NCBI GenBank assembly: GCA_016432485.1
Contig: CP066691.1
Span: 516,709-580,708, forward strand
Source of the DNA: Candidatus Niyogibacteria bacterium
GTDB taxonomy: Bacteria > Patescibacteriota > Minisyncoccia > HO2-45-28
DNA: 64,000 bases
Reading direction: 5' to 3'
Shown here: positions 55,942 to 64,000 of the stretch, one piece after another
How positions within the stretch are numbered: the first letter of the stretch is position 1
How the letters are laid out: every line of letters starts with the position of its first letter
Notes under the pieces: model-generated
What the model saw: only the letters and a program-made list of their open reading frames with translations
Database searches by the model: none
What the model was told of the DNA's origin: nothing
Program-made: the position numbers and the translations under genes

Positions 55942-58044
55942 TTATTTTGTTTTTTCGCGGTATTGGGAAGATTGTTTGATTGAAAGATTGACTCTGCCGA
56001 GCTCGTCAATGCTGATTATTTTCACCGGCACTTCGTCGCCGATGTTGACTATATCGCGCACTTTGTTGACCCGATACGGCGCGAGCTCCGAAATATGCAC
56101 CAGTCCTTCCTGTTTCGGTCCGATTTCAACCATGGCTCCGAATTCAAATATGCGGCTGACTTTACCCATAAATTCCTCGCCCACTTCGTATTCACGAGTC
56201 AGATTTCTGATGGCTTCGGCTGCCCTTTCGGCCGATTCCTGATTTTTGCCGGTAATGAATATCTCGCCAGTCTGTTCAATGTCTATCTCGGCTCCGGTTT
56301 CGTCAATTATTTTATTTATGGTCTTTCCTCCCGGACCGACCACGTCTCTTATTTTGTCGGGATTTATGTTGATGGTTATGATTTTCGGAGCGTGGGGCGA
56401 AATGTTTTCGCGCGGTTTGGGCAGGACTTTAAGCATCACTTCCATTATTCTGATTCTTGCCTCCCTCGCGTCTTCAAGGGCTTTTTTAAGCATCTCAAGC
56501 GTTACTCCATCCACTTTGACGTCCATTTGAATCGCGGTTATTCCATTTTTAGTGCCCGCGGCTTTGAAATCCATATCGCCGTGATGGTCTTCGGGACCCT
56601 GAATATCGGTCAGAACTTTGAAGCGGCCGTCACTGTCCATCATTAAGCCCATGGCAATTCCGGCGACAGGCTCTTTAATCGGCACGCCCGCGTCCATCAA
56701 AGACAGGGTTGAAGCACACACCGATCCCATTGAGGTTGAGCCGTTTGAAGACATTGTTTCCGAAACCAGACGAATGGTGTAGGGGAAAATTTCTTTTGGA
56801 GGAATGACGGCTTCCAGCGCGCGCTCGGCCAAAGCGCCATGTCCGATTTCTCTTCGGCCGGGCGAGCCCATTCTCCCTGTTTCACCGGATGAAAAAGGCG
56901 GAAAGTTGTAATGATGCATAAAGCGTTTTTTGGTTTGCGTTTCCATTCCTTCTATCAGCTGAACATCTCCGGGAGCTCCGAGCGTTGTGACGGATAAGAT
57001 ATGGGTTTCCCCTCTGAAAAATAAAGATGAGCCGTGATTGCGTTTAAGCAAACCGATCTCGGCGTATAAAGAGCGTATTTCATTGAGTTTGCGGTGGTCC
57101 GGCCTTTTTTCGCGTTCAAGTATGTTTTTATGGACTATTTCGTCAATTGCTTTTTCATAAAGGTCGTCGGCTTCGTTTACAAGGCCGCTGAATTGTTCCT
57201 GAACCGCGTCCATCCATTCTTTTTTGAGCTCTCCCAGTCGCGTGTTGCGCACGGGCTTTTCGGTTATATATATGTAATCTTCAAGGCGCGGCTTGATGTG
57301 GCTGGTAAAAAGTTCCAGAAATTCCGCCGGCTCTTCCGGAAATTCAAGTTTCATTTTTTCTTTGCCGACCTCCGCGATTATATCCCTCTGGAATTTTTCA
57401 ATTTTCGCGAATTCCGGCAGAGCGCTCTTGAGAGCCTGCATTATTTTTTCTTCAGGAATTTCTTTGGCCCCTGCTTCAATCATATTTATTTTTCCATTTC
57501 TGGCACAGGCGACAAGATCCAATCCCGATTCTTCTTTTTCGGCGTAAGTCGGGTTGAAAATAATTTCGTTGTTTTTAATGCCCAGTCTTAACGGGCTGAC
57601 CGGACCGTCCCAGGGGATGTCCGAGGTTGCCACAGCCAAAGAGGCCGCGAGTATTCCGGGAACATCGGGGTCATTTTCGCCGTCTATTGAAAGAGCCATA
57701 ATCACCACGTGTATTTCGTTTCGCGATTTTTTATTGAAAAGCGGGCGGAGGGTTCGGTCAATCAGCCGGCCGTTAAGCACTGCTTCATCAGACGGCCGGC
57801 CCTCTCTGCGAACAAAGCGGGAACCCAGAATTTGCCCTGCGGCGTAGAATTTTTCTTCGTAGTCAACCGAAAGCGGGAAAAAATTTATTCCGGTTCGCGG
57901 GCTTTTGGCCATTGTAGCCGTGGCGAAAACAGTGGTTTCGCCGTAACGCACCAGAACCGAGCCGTTAGCCTGGGCAGCCAAATCCGAAAACTCCACTTCC
58001 AATTTGCGTCCGGCTATATCGGTTGAGTATTTTTTGCCCTGCAT
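55942..58044 (-). CDS. pnp: Polyribonucleotide nucleotidyltransferase
   Basis: FFPLSVDY, RREIGHG, SNGS, GDMDFK, KH and S1 domains; start ATG 58044. Confidence 0.98.
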   Translation of the reverse strand: MQGKKYSTDIAGRKLEVEFSDLAAQANGSVLVRYGETTVFATATMAKSPRTGINFFPLSVDYEEKFYAAGQILGSRFVRREGRPSDEAVLNGRLIDRTLRPLFNKKSRNEIHVVIMALSIDGENDPDVPGILAASLAVATSDIPWDGPVSPLRLGIKNNEIIFNPTYAEKEESGLDLVACARNGKINMIEAGAKEIPEEKIMQALKSALPEFAKIEKFQRDIIAEVGKEKMKLEFPEEPAEFLELFTSHIKPRLEDYIYITEKPVRNTRLGELKKEWMDAVQEQFSGLVNEADDLYEKAIDEIVHKNILEREKRPDHRKLNEIRSLYAEIGLLKRNHGSSLFFRGETHILSVTTLGAPGDVQLIEGMETQTKKRFMHHYNFPPFSSGETGRMGSPGRREIGHGALAERALEAVIPPKEIFPYTIRLVSETMSSNGSTSMGSVCASTLSLMDAGVPIKEPVAGIAMGLMMDSDGRFKVLTDIQGPEDHHGDMDFKAAGTKNGITAIQMDVKVDGVTLEMLKKALEDAREARIRIMEVMLKVLPKPRENISPHAPKIITININPDKIRDVVGPGGKTINKIIDETGAEIDIEQTGEIFITGKNQESAERAAEAIRNLTREYEVGEEFMGKVSRIFEFGAMVEIGPKQEGLVHISELAPYRVNKVRDIVNIGDEVPVKIISIDELGRVNLSIKQSSQYREKTK

Positions 58045-58048
58045 TTTA

Positions 58049-58573
58049 TTATTTTGTTGATTTATGCGGAAGATCCAATAAAAATTTTGACGATTCTCCC
58101 AGGTCAGTAAATTCATCGGCTTCCTCCTTGAGTTTTCCTGAAGCCGAGCGGCCAAAGGCCATGATTTCGACTCGCATGCCGTACGTTCCTTTTAAATAAT
58201 CAACAAGCGGCATGAAGTCTCCGTCTCCGGTTATTAAAACTACGGCGTCTACGCTCGGGGCGAGACATACGGCGTCAATGGTTAGTCCGACATCCCAGTC
58301 GGCTTTTTTCATTCCGCCGGCGAAAATCTGCAAGTCTTTGAATTTCGGCTCAATTCCTATTTTTTCCAGCGCTTCAAAGAAGGCCGATTCCTCTCCGGAT
58401 TCCGTTTTTATAACATAGCCGATAGCGCGCACCAGCTTTCTGCCGGCAACGGCCGCTTTCAGGACCTCTTTAAAATTGACGCGCTTGCCAAAGAGGTTGC
58501 GCGCCGAGTGATACATGTTTTGAACGTCAATTAAAATCGCCACTCGCTGTTCGCGATGTTTTATCACTGCCAT
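58049..58573 (-). CDS. NYN/LabA (DUF88) domain protein
   Basis: IDVQN, K.DWDV, TGDGDF.P, ADEF. Confidence 0.9.
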   Translation of the reverse strand: MAVIKHREQRVAILIDVQNMYHSARNLFGKRVNFKEVLKAAVAGRKLVRAIGYVIKTESGEESAFFEALEKIGIEPKFKDLQIFAGGMKKADWDVGLTIDAVCLAPSVDAVVLITGDGDFMPLVDYLKGTYGMRVEIMAFGRSASGKLKEEADEFTDLGESSKFLLDLPHKSTK

Positions 58574-58579
58574 GTTCTT

Positions 58580-58846
58580 TTATTTTTTTAAACCTATTTT
58601 TTTAATAATATTTGAATAGCGCTTCTCGTCTTCTTTTGAGAGGTAGTCCAATAGGGATTTTCTCTTTGAGACCATTTTTAAAAGCCCGCGCCTTGAATGA
58701 ATATCTTTGGGGTGGTCTTTTAAATGCTGGGTCAGGCGTTTTATTTCTTCGGTCAAAAGCGCGATTTGGACCTCCGAAGACCCGGTGTCCTTTTCGTGCA
58801 GTTTATATTTTTCCACCACTTTTTGTTTAGTCTTTACAGCTAACAT
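58580..58846 (-). CDS. rpsO: 30S ribosomal protein S15
   Basis: [22 protein letters not shown]. Confidence 0.98.
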   Translation of the reverse strand: MLAVKTKQKVVEKYKLHEKDTGSSEVQIALLTEEIKRLTQHLKDHPKDIHSRRGLLKMVSKRKSLLDYLSKEDEKRYSNIIKKIGLKK

Positions 58847-58937
58847 CACCTACATCCTAGCATATATCTGTTTTTTATTCAAGCGCTTCTTTACAAGACA
58901 AAGAAGGCGTGTTAATTTTTAAAACTAACCATTAATT

Positions 58938-60065
58938 ATGGATGTTCAAATTAAAAAATTGCCGAAATCAGAAATTGAAATATCCGGAGAAATTCCCGCG
59001 GACGAATTTGAGGCGCATTACCAAAGCGCTCTTAAAGAACTGAACGAAAAATCATCCGTTGCGGGGTTCAGGCCCGGGCATATTCCGGAAAATATGCTTG
59101 TTGAAAAAATAGGCGAAGATTCGGTTTTGGAACACGCGGCCGAACACGCGCTTGAGGAGGCATATCCGAAAATACTTGAAGAAAATAAAATTGATGCCTT
59201 GGGACAACCGCGAATAACCATAACTAAAATAGCGCGTCAAAACCCCCTGGGTTTTAAGATTCAGACCGCGGTTTTGCCCGAAATAAAACTTCCCGACTAT
59301 AAAAATATCGCCGCAGGCATTAGCGCCCGCATAGATGAGATAAAAGTGGAAGAAAAAGAAATTGAAGAGGCACTTAACTTTTTAAGAAAATCCAAATCCA
59401 AAAACACCGAGAACACCGAGTCGCAAAACACCGAGTCACATGATTCGGACGGCCGTCCGAATCAGATTACTGGGACGAATCAGATTACCGAGACGAAAAA
59501 ACCGGAGGGATTGTCGGAGGGATTGTCGGAGGGGCCGGAAAGCGACGATGAATTCGCAAAAAGTTTCGGACAACAGGACCTTAATGGTTTAAAAAAACTT
59601 CTTGAAGAAAACATAAGACAGGATAAAACAACTAAAGCGCGAGAGTCGCGTAGAATGGAAATAATGGATAAAATTTCGTCCTTAGTCGTTGCGGAAATTC
59701 CCCAGATTTTAATTGATTCAGAAAAAGAAAAAATGTCAGCCGAACTTCGTTCCTCAATTGAAAATATGGGTATGAAATGGGAGGACTATTTGAATCACAT
59801 TAAAAAAACAGAAGAAGAATTAAAGAAAGATTGGGCGGGCGAAGCCGAAAAACGCGCCCGTTACGCTCTGATTTTAAGAGAGATCGCGAATGCCGAAAGC
59901 ATCGCGCCGTCAGACGAAGAATTAAACGGTTTTGTCGTAAGTTCTCTCGCACAATATCCCGCGCCCGAGCGCGCCAAAATTGACAAAGAGCGTTTTAAGG
60001 ACTATGCTTACGGTATATTAAGAAACGAAAAGGTTTTTAATTTTTTGGAATCCAAAACTAAATAA
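58938..60065 (+). CDS. tig: Trigger factor lacking the FKBP domain
   Basis: GFRPGH.P ribosome-binding motif, C-terminal domain, upstream of clpP. Confidence 0.9.
   Translation: MDVQIKKLPKSEIEISGEIPADEFEAHYQSALKELNEKSSVAGFRPGHIPENMLVEKIGEDSVLEHAAEHALEEAYPKILEENKIDALGQPRITITKIARQNPLGFKIQTAVLPEIKLPDYKNIAAGISARIDEIKVEEKEIEEALNFLRKSKSKNTENTESQNTESHDSDGRPNQITGTNQITETKKPEGLSEGLSEGPESDDEFAKSFGQQDLNGLKKLLEENIRQDKTTKARESRRMEIMDKISSLVVAEIPQILIDSEKEKMSAELRSSIENMGMKWEDYLNHIKKTEEELKKDWAGEAEKRARYALILREIANAESIAPSDEELNGFVVSSLAQYPAPERAKIDKERFKDYAYGILRNEKVFNFLESKTK
59401..59533 (+). repeat. Repeat mosaic in tig including a perfect 24-bp palindrome (59441-59464)
   Basis: aacaccgag x3, tgattcggacggccgtccgaatca, gaatcagattac x2, ggagggattgtc x2. 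Confidence 0.85.
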
Positions 60066-60067
60066 AA

Positions 60068-60676
60068 ATGGACGAAGAATACTATAATTATTTAATTCCG
60101 ACCGTAATTGAAAAATCGCAATTCGGCGAGCGGGCTTACGATATTTATTCCAGACTTTTGAAAGAAAGGATTGTTTTTGTTTCGGGGCCGATTGCCGACC
60201 CGATTGCCAATACCGTAATAGCCCAGCTTTTATTTTTGGAATCGCAAGACCCCAAAAAAGATATTTCTCTTTACATAAATTCTCCCGGGGGTTCGGTTTC
60301 GGCGACCTTAGCTATTTATGACACTATGCAGCATATTAAGCCGGATGTTTCAACCATCTGCGTCGGATTTGCCGCATCGGGCGCGGCCATTCTTTTAGCC
60401 GCGGGCGCCAAAGGCAAGCGTTTTTCCCTGCCAAATTCGGAAATAATGATTCATCAGGTTATAGGCGCGGCCGAAGGGCAGGCGACCGAAATTGAAATAT
60501 CCGCGCGCCACATTTTGCGAGTCAAAGAAAAGTTAAATAAAATTCTGGCCGAGCATACTAACCAGCCATTGGATAAAATAGAAAAAGACACTGACCGCGA
60601 CTTTTTTATGGATGCCGATGAAGCCAAAAAATACGGCATTCTGGACAAAATTGTAAGGTCAAAAAACGGAAAATAA
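60068..60676 (+). CDS. clpP: ATP-dependent Clp protease proteolytic subunit
   Basis: [25 protein letters not shown]. Confidence 0.97.
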   Translation: MDEEYYNYLIPTVIEKSQFGERAYDIYSRLLKERIVFVSGPIADPIANTVIAQLLFLESQDPKKDISLYINSPGGSVSATLAIYDTMQHIKPDVSTICVGFAASGAAILLAAGAKGKRFSLPNSEIMIHQVIGAAEGQATEIEISARHILRVKEKLNKILAEHTNQPLDKIEKDTDRDFFMDADEAKKYGILDKIVRSKNGK

Positions 60677-60685
60677 AAAATAAAG

Positions 60686-60715
60686 CCCCCTCCAGCATGC
60701 GTCTGCTGGAGGGGG
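60686..60715 (-). terminator. Strong intrinsic terminator
   Basis: 12-bp ccccctccagca/tgctggaggggg stem; U-tract on the minus strand. Confidence 0.8.
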
Positions 60716-60970
60716 TGCCCCCCCATTGGGGGGTTTTGGGCGGCCCACTCTAGTCGTGCAGCACGGGTTCACCTTCTCTCTCACAAGGATCGAGAAGCTG
60801 TGAGATCCCGAGGGCCACAGACAGTTGTGGACGGCCCGATGGTATACTACGCCTGGCCAGCCGCAACGCGATTTAGCCAGGGAAGAGCGGGTGACCGGCA
60901 GACCTTGATTTGACTCTGGTCTACGCGACCTTGTTTACAAGGTCTGCCGGTTCCCCCCGCGGCGCCGTGG

Positions 60971-61057
60971 TCAGGCGGCGGTCATGCCGTCGTGGACGAG
61001 GGCGGTCATCTTGGGGTAAATGGTGCCCTTGGCACCGGTGGGTGATCGTGACTGCAT
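60971..61057 (-). CDS. 28-aa sORF MQSRSPTGAKGTIYPKMTALVHDGMTAA
   Basis: AAAAGGAGGAAAA-ATG strong SD. Confidence 0.4.
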   Translation of the reverse strand: MQSRSPTGAKGTIYPKMTALVHDGMTAA

Positions 61058-61181
61058 TTTTCCTCCTTTTCTCCCCCCGGATTTCTCCTCTTTATAGGGG
61101 GATTAGACGGCGTATGGGCCTACTTTCCCTCGCGCAAGGCCTGTCCTTGCGGGGGGTGCTTCATTCCAAGGTACATCATCC

Positions 61182-61210
61182 ATTATACTCCCGGGCTTTT
61201 AATATGTCAA
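61182..61210 (-). promoter_or_regulatory. Perfect sigma70 promoter TTGACA-17-TATAAT
   Basis: Exact consensus; the -35 box overlaps the end of gpmI. Confidence 0.8.
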
Positions 61211-62797
61211 GTCCTTGATATTTTCCATTTTATCCGCTAAAGAAATGCCGGTCATCTCCGCGGGTTTTGCCAGACCCAAAAGTTCAAGCGCGGTTGGCGC
61301 GACATCGGTCAAAGTCCCTTTTACCTCATTATATTTTTTCAAAATTTCTTCGTTTGAACGCTCTTTTTTGGATTCAAAATCTTTTATCGCGATAAAAAAC
61401 GGCACGGGATTTGACGTATGTTTGGTTCTTTTTTCTCCGGTTATCCGGTATTGTTTTTCTTCCGCGTTGCCGTGATCTCCGGTCACAATAACCGCTCCTC
61501 TAAGTTCCAAAACGCGCGGAATGATTTTTCCAAGCGCTTCATCCAGCGTTTCAACCGCCTTTACGGTCGCCTCAAAGTCTCCGGTGTGGCCGACCATATC
61601 GGCATTGGCGAAATTAACCAAAATGAAATCGTATTTTTCAAGAGATTCCAGAACTTTGTCGGTTACGGCCTCGGCCGACATTCGCGGGAATTCGTCAAAG
61701 TGGGCGGTTAAAACCGAAGGAATTAAAATTCGGTCTTCTCCCGGAAAAGCTTTTTCCCGGCCGCCGTTGAAAAAATAAGTAACATGCGCGTATTTTTCCG
61801 TTTCGGCTATATGAACCTGCTTTAATCCGGCGTCAGCAATGATTTTAGCCAGCGAGAGTCTGATATCGAGCGGAGAAAAAGCAACCTCGGCTTTAAAAGC
61901 CGGATCGTATTGGGTCATTGTTACAAAAAAAAGATTGTTTATTTTCGTCCTCGGAAATTTGTCAAACCCGTCGGCGATAAAGGCGCCGGTCAGTTCCCGC
62001 GCGCTGTCTTCGCGGTAGTTGAAAAATACGGCGGCGTCATTATCCTGAATTCTGCCCGCGGGCCTTCCGGCTTCAGCTAAAAACCCGGGCTCAATGAATT
62101 CATCGGTGAGGCCCTCTTTGTAGCTTTTTTCTATGTAGAGAGGCGCGTTTTCATAAGGCCGGCCTTTGTCCAAAGCCAAGAGATTATATGTTTTTTCAAT
62201 AAGTTCCCATTGGTTGTCGCGGTCCATCGCGAATCTCCGGCCGATAACTGAAGCGATTTTGGCCTCGGGATAATTCTGAGCCAATCTGGATTCCAGAAAC
62301 GCAAAAAGTTTTGAGGCTTCCTGCGGCGGAGCGTCTCGGCCGTCAGTAAAAAGATGGAGATATAGCTCATCCAGTCCGTTCTTTCGGGCCAGCTCCAGGA
62401 GGGCATAAACATGGTCAATATAGGCGTGCACTGAACCCGAAGAAAAAAGCCCGATCAGATGCAGGCGCGAATTATTTTTTTTGACGTGACTTACGGCTTT
62501 TTTAAAAGAGGGATTTTCAAAAAAACTTCCGTCGCGAATTGCCATTATGATGCGCGGGAGATGAGTGTAAATAACGCGGCCGGCCCCGATGGTCAAATGT
62601 CCAACTTCAGAATTGCCTTCTTCACCCCACGGAAGTCCGACGGCGGCACCCGAGGCCTGCAGGGTGGTGAAAGGGTAAAATTTTTCAAGATGTTCAAAAT
62701 TAGGCCGCTTTGCCAGACGTAAAGGCGACTCGGAAGTTTTGGCGTTCACGCCGTAGCCGTCAAGTATTATAAGTACGACGGGCTTATAGGTCATCAT
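61199..62797 (-). CDS. gpmI: 2,3-bisphosphoglycerate-independent phosphoglycerate mutase
   Basis: LIILDGYG, GNSEVGH, DGRD, AETEKYAHVT, DMVGHTG, DHGN. Confidence 0.97.
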   Translation of the reverse strand: MMTYKPVVLIILDGYGVNAKTSESPLRLAKRPNFEHLEKFYPFTTLQASGAAVGLPWGEEGNSEVGHLTIGAGRVIYTHLPRIIMAIRDGSFFENPSFKKAVSHVKKNNSRLHLIGLFSSGSVHAYIDHVYALLELARKNGLDELYLHLFTDGRDAPPQEASKLFAFLESRLAQNYPEAKIASVIGRRFAMDRDNQWELIEKTYNLLALDKGRPYENAPLYIEKSYKEGLTDEFIEPGFLAEAGRPAGRIQDNDAAVFFNYREDSARELTGAFIADGFDKFPRTKINNLFFVTMTQYDPAFKAEVAFSPLDIRLSLAKIIADAGLKQVHIAETEKYAHVTYFFNGGREKAFPGEDRILIPSVLTAHFDEFPRMSAEAVTDKVLESLEKYDFILVNFANADMVGHTGDFEATVKAVETLDEALGKIIPRVLELRGAVIVTGDHGNAEEKQYRITGEKRTKHTSNPVPFFIAIKDFESKKERSNEEILKKYNEVKGTLTDVAPTALELLGLAKPAEMTGISLADKMENIKDLTY

Positions 62798-62896
62798 TTA
62801 ATTTTAACGGGGCGCTGGACAAATTCAAAGGACTTTGATATATTGTAAGTATTCTTTATAAGCCCATGGTTTTAGAGCCAAAAACAAAAAATTATT

Positions 62897-64000
62897 ATGA
62901 TTTTACCTTCAACAGCGCTTATCGCGCTGGCGGCAGGAGCGTTCGGTCTTGTGGCCGGATACGTTTTACGCCAGATTATCGCCCAACAGCGCCGAAACTC
63001 AATAGAGTTAAAAATTAAACAGATACTTCTTGACGCCAAATCCGAAGCCCAAAAAACATTAGACGAAGCGAAACTTAAAGCCGATTCCGTACTTGAATCG
63101 GTAAAACGCGAAGAAAAAGAAAGGGAAACGGCGCTGCGCAGGCTGGAAGAAAGGATCGGCCAAAAAGAAGAGTCGGTTGAAAAAAGGAGAGCCGACATAG
63201 AACGCGAAACAAAAGATGTCGTCAAGCAGAAAGAAGACCTCAAGCGCCGCTATGAGTCGCTGGAGTCGGTTGAAACCGAGCGTCGGAAAGAATTGGAAAA
63301 ATTATCAGGGTTATCGGAAGAAGAAGCAAAGTCTGCTCTGATGACGAGCGTTGAAAAAAAATACGAATCGGACATTTTGACCCGTATGCAAAAACTTGAA
63401 AATTTCGGACAGGAAAAGCTTGAGCAGCGCGCCCGTGAAACCATTGCCTCGGTCATTCAGCGACTGGCGTCTTCAACCGCATCCGAAATAACCACGACCT
63501 CGGTCGCGATACCGTCGGACGACATCAAAGGAAAAATAATCGGAAAAGAAGGCCGTAATATCCGCGCGCTTGAAAAAGCGGCAGGAGTTGAGGTGATTGT
63601 TGATGATACTCCGGGTTCAATCATCATTTCAAGTTTTGATCCGGTCCGGCGCCACGTTGCCAAAGTAGCTCTTGAGAATTTAATTCTTGACGGCCGGATT
63701 CAGCCGACCAGAATTGAGGAAATGGTTGAGAAAGCGCGGGCCGAAGTTGAAAAGATAATGAAAGAAGCGGGCGAAGCGGCCATCTACGAAGTCGGCGTTT
63801 TTGATATTGATGCAAGACTGGTTAATCTTCTCGGCCGCCTGCGTTTCCGCACAAGTTTTGGGCAGAATGTTTTACAGCATTCAATTGAAATGACGCATCT
63901 TGCCGGAATGCTCGCATCCGAACTGGGCGCGGACGTTCAAATATCCAAAAAGGGCGCCTTGTTTCACGATATAGGCAAGGCGATGGACCATGAAATACAG
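62897..64000 (+). CDS. rny: Ribonuclease Y (runs off the window end; not in the ORF track)
   Basis: N-terminal TM, coiled coil, KH motif GKIIGKEGRNIRALE, HD motif HDIGKA. Confidence 0.95.
   Translation, partial: MILPSTALIALAAGAFGLVAGYVLRQIIAQQRRNSIELKIKQILLDAKSEAQKTLDEAKLKADSVLESVKREEKERETALRRLEERIGQKEESVEKRRADIERETKDVVKQKEDLKRRYESLESVETERRKELEKLSGLSEEEAKSALMTSVEKKYESDILTRMQKLENFGQEKLEQRARETIASVIQRLASSTASEITTTSVAIPSDDIKGKIIGKEGRNIRALEKAAGVEVIVDDTPGSIIISSFDPVRRHVAKVALENLILDGRIQPTRIEEMVEKARAEVEKIMKEAGEAAIYEVGVFDIDARLVNLLGRLRFRTSFGQNVLQHSIEMTHLAGMLASELGADVQISKKGALFHDIGKAMDHEIQ

Larger units (their letters stand above)
60680..61175 (-). ncRNA. Unclassified ~490-nt structured RNA containing an sORF
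   Basis: GC-rich with many stems, bounded by a perfect promoter and a terminator. Confidence 0.5.

Noticed and set aside
60680-61175. tmRNA (tag-like peptide ending in AA, next to clpP)
   Set aside because: No tRNA-like domain (no GGGG...TTCGA 5' end, no T-loop/CCA 3' end) on either strand, and the ORF has its own SD and ATG
60680-61175. RNase P RNA (gagggaaagt resembles GAGGAAAGUCC)
   Set aside because: The conserved P4 partner ACAGAA.CCGGCUUA and other universal motifs are absent
62872-63815. Short minus-strand ORFs at the window end
   Set aside because: Antisense to the RNase Y frame starting at 62897
1-64000. CRISPR array or cas genes
   Set aside because: No regularly spaced 23-47-bp repeats with unique spacers and no Cas motifs
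1-64000. Alternative genetic code (TGA read as Gly, as in Gracilibacteria)
   Set aside because: Conserved genes are uninterrupted under code 11, and rpmH and dnaA end properly at TGA

Overview
Chromosomal segment of a small-genome bacterium, most likely Patescibacteria/CPR (Parcubacteria-like). This is inferred from gene content: short MurE, YebC and trigger factor, a PrgI/VirB4/VirB6-like cluster, a lamin-tail protein and YkuK. TGA is used as a stop, so the code is standard 11. The window contains the replication-origin gene set (dnaA-dnaN-DciA-like divergent from rpmH-rnpA-yidC-jag) and repair/recombination genes (ruvABC, uvrB, pcrA, polA). It also carries translation and RNA-decay genes (tyrS, rpsT, rpsO, rsmA, tsaE, pnp, rny, tRNA-Arg), cell-wall genes, a T4SS-like operon and a solute-binding-protein/histidine-kinase module. 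The most unusual signals are: (1) an orphan gene between yebC and ruvC whose last 111 nt look like a diversity-generating-retroelement variable repeat, with no reverse transcriptase in the window; (2) a 1.7-kb islet without an integrase, bounded by a perfect 26-bp direct repeat; (3) a ~490-nt GC-rich structured transcription unit with a perfect sigma70 promoter, a 28-codon sORF and a terminator; (4) a promoter-driven ~175-nt hairpin RNA that is a 6S-like candidate; (5) several families of tiny palindromic or heptamer-repeat modules, many sitting in frame inside core genes and one nested inside another; (6) apparently leaderless core genes contrasting with SD-led, self-contained orphan cassettes. 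All annotation was done by eye; no database searches were run.
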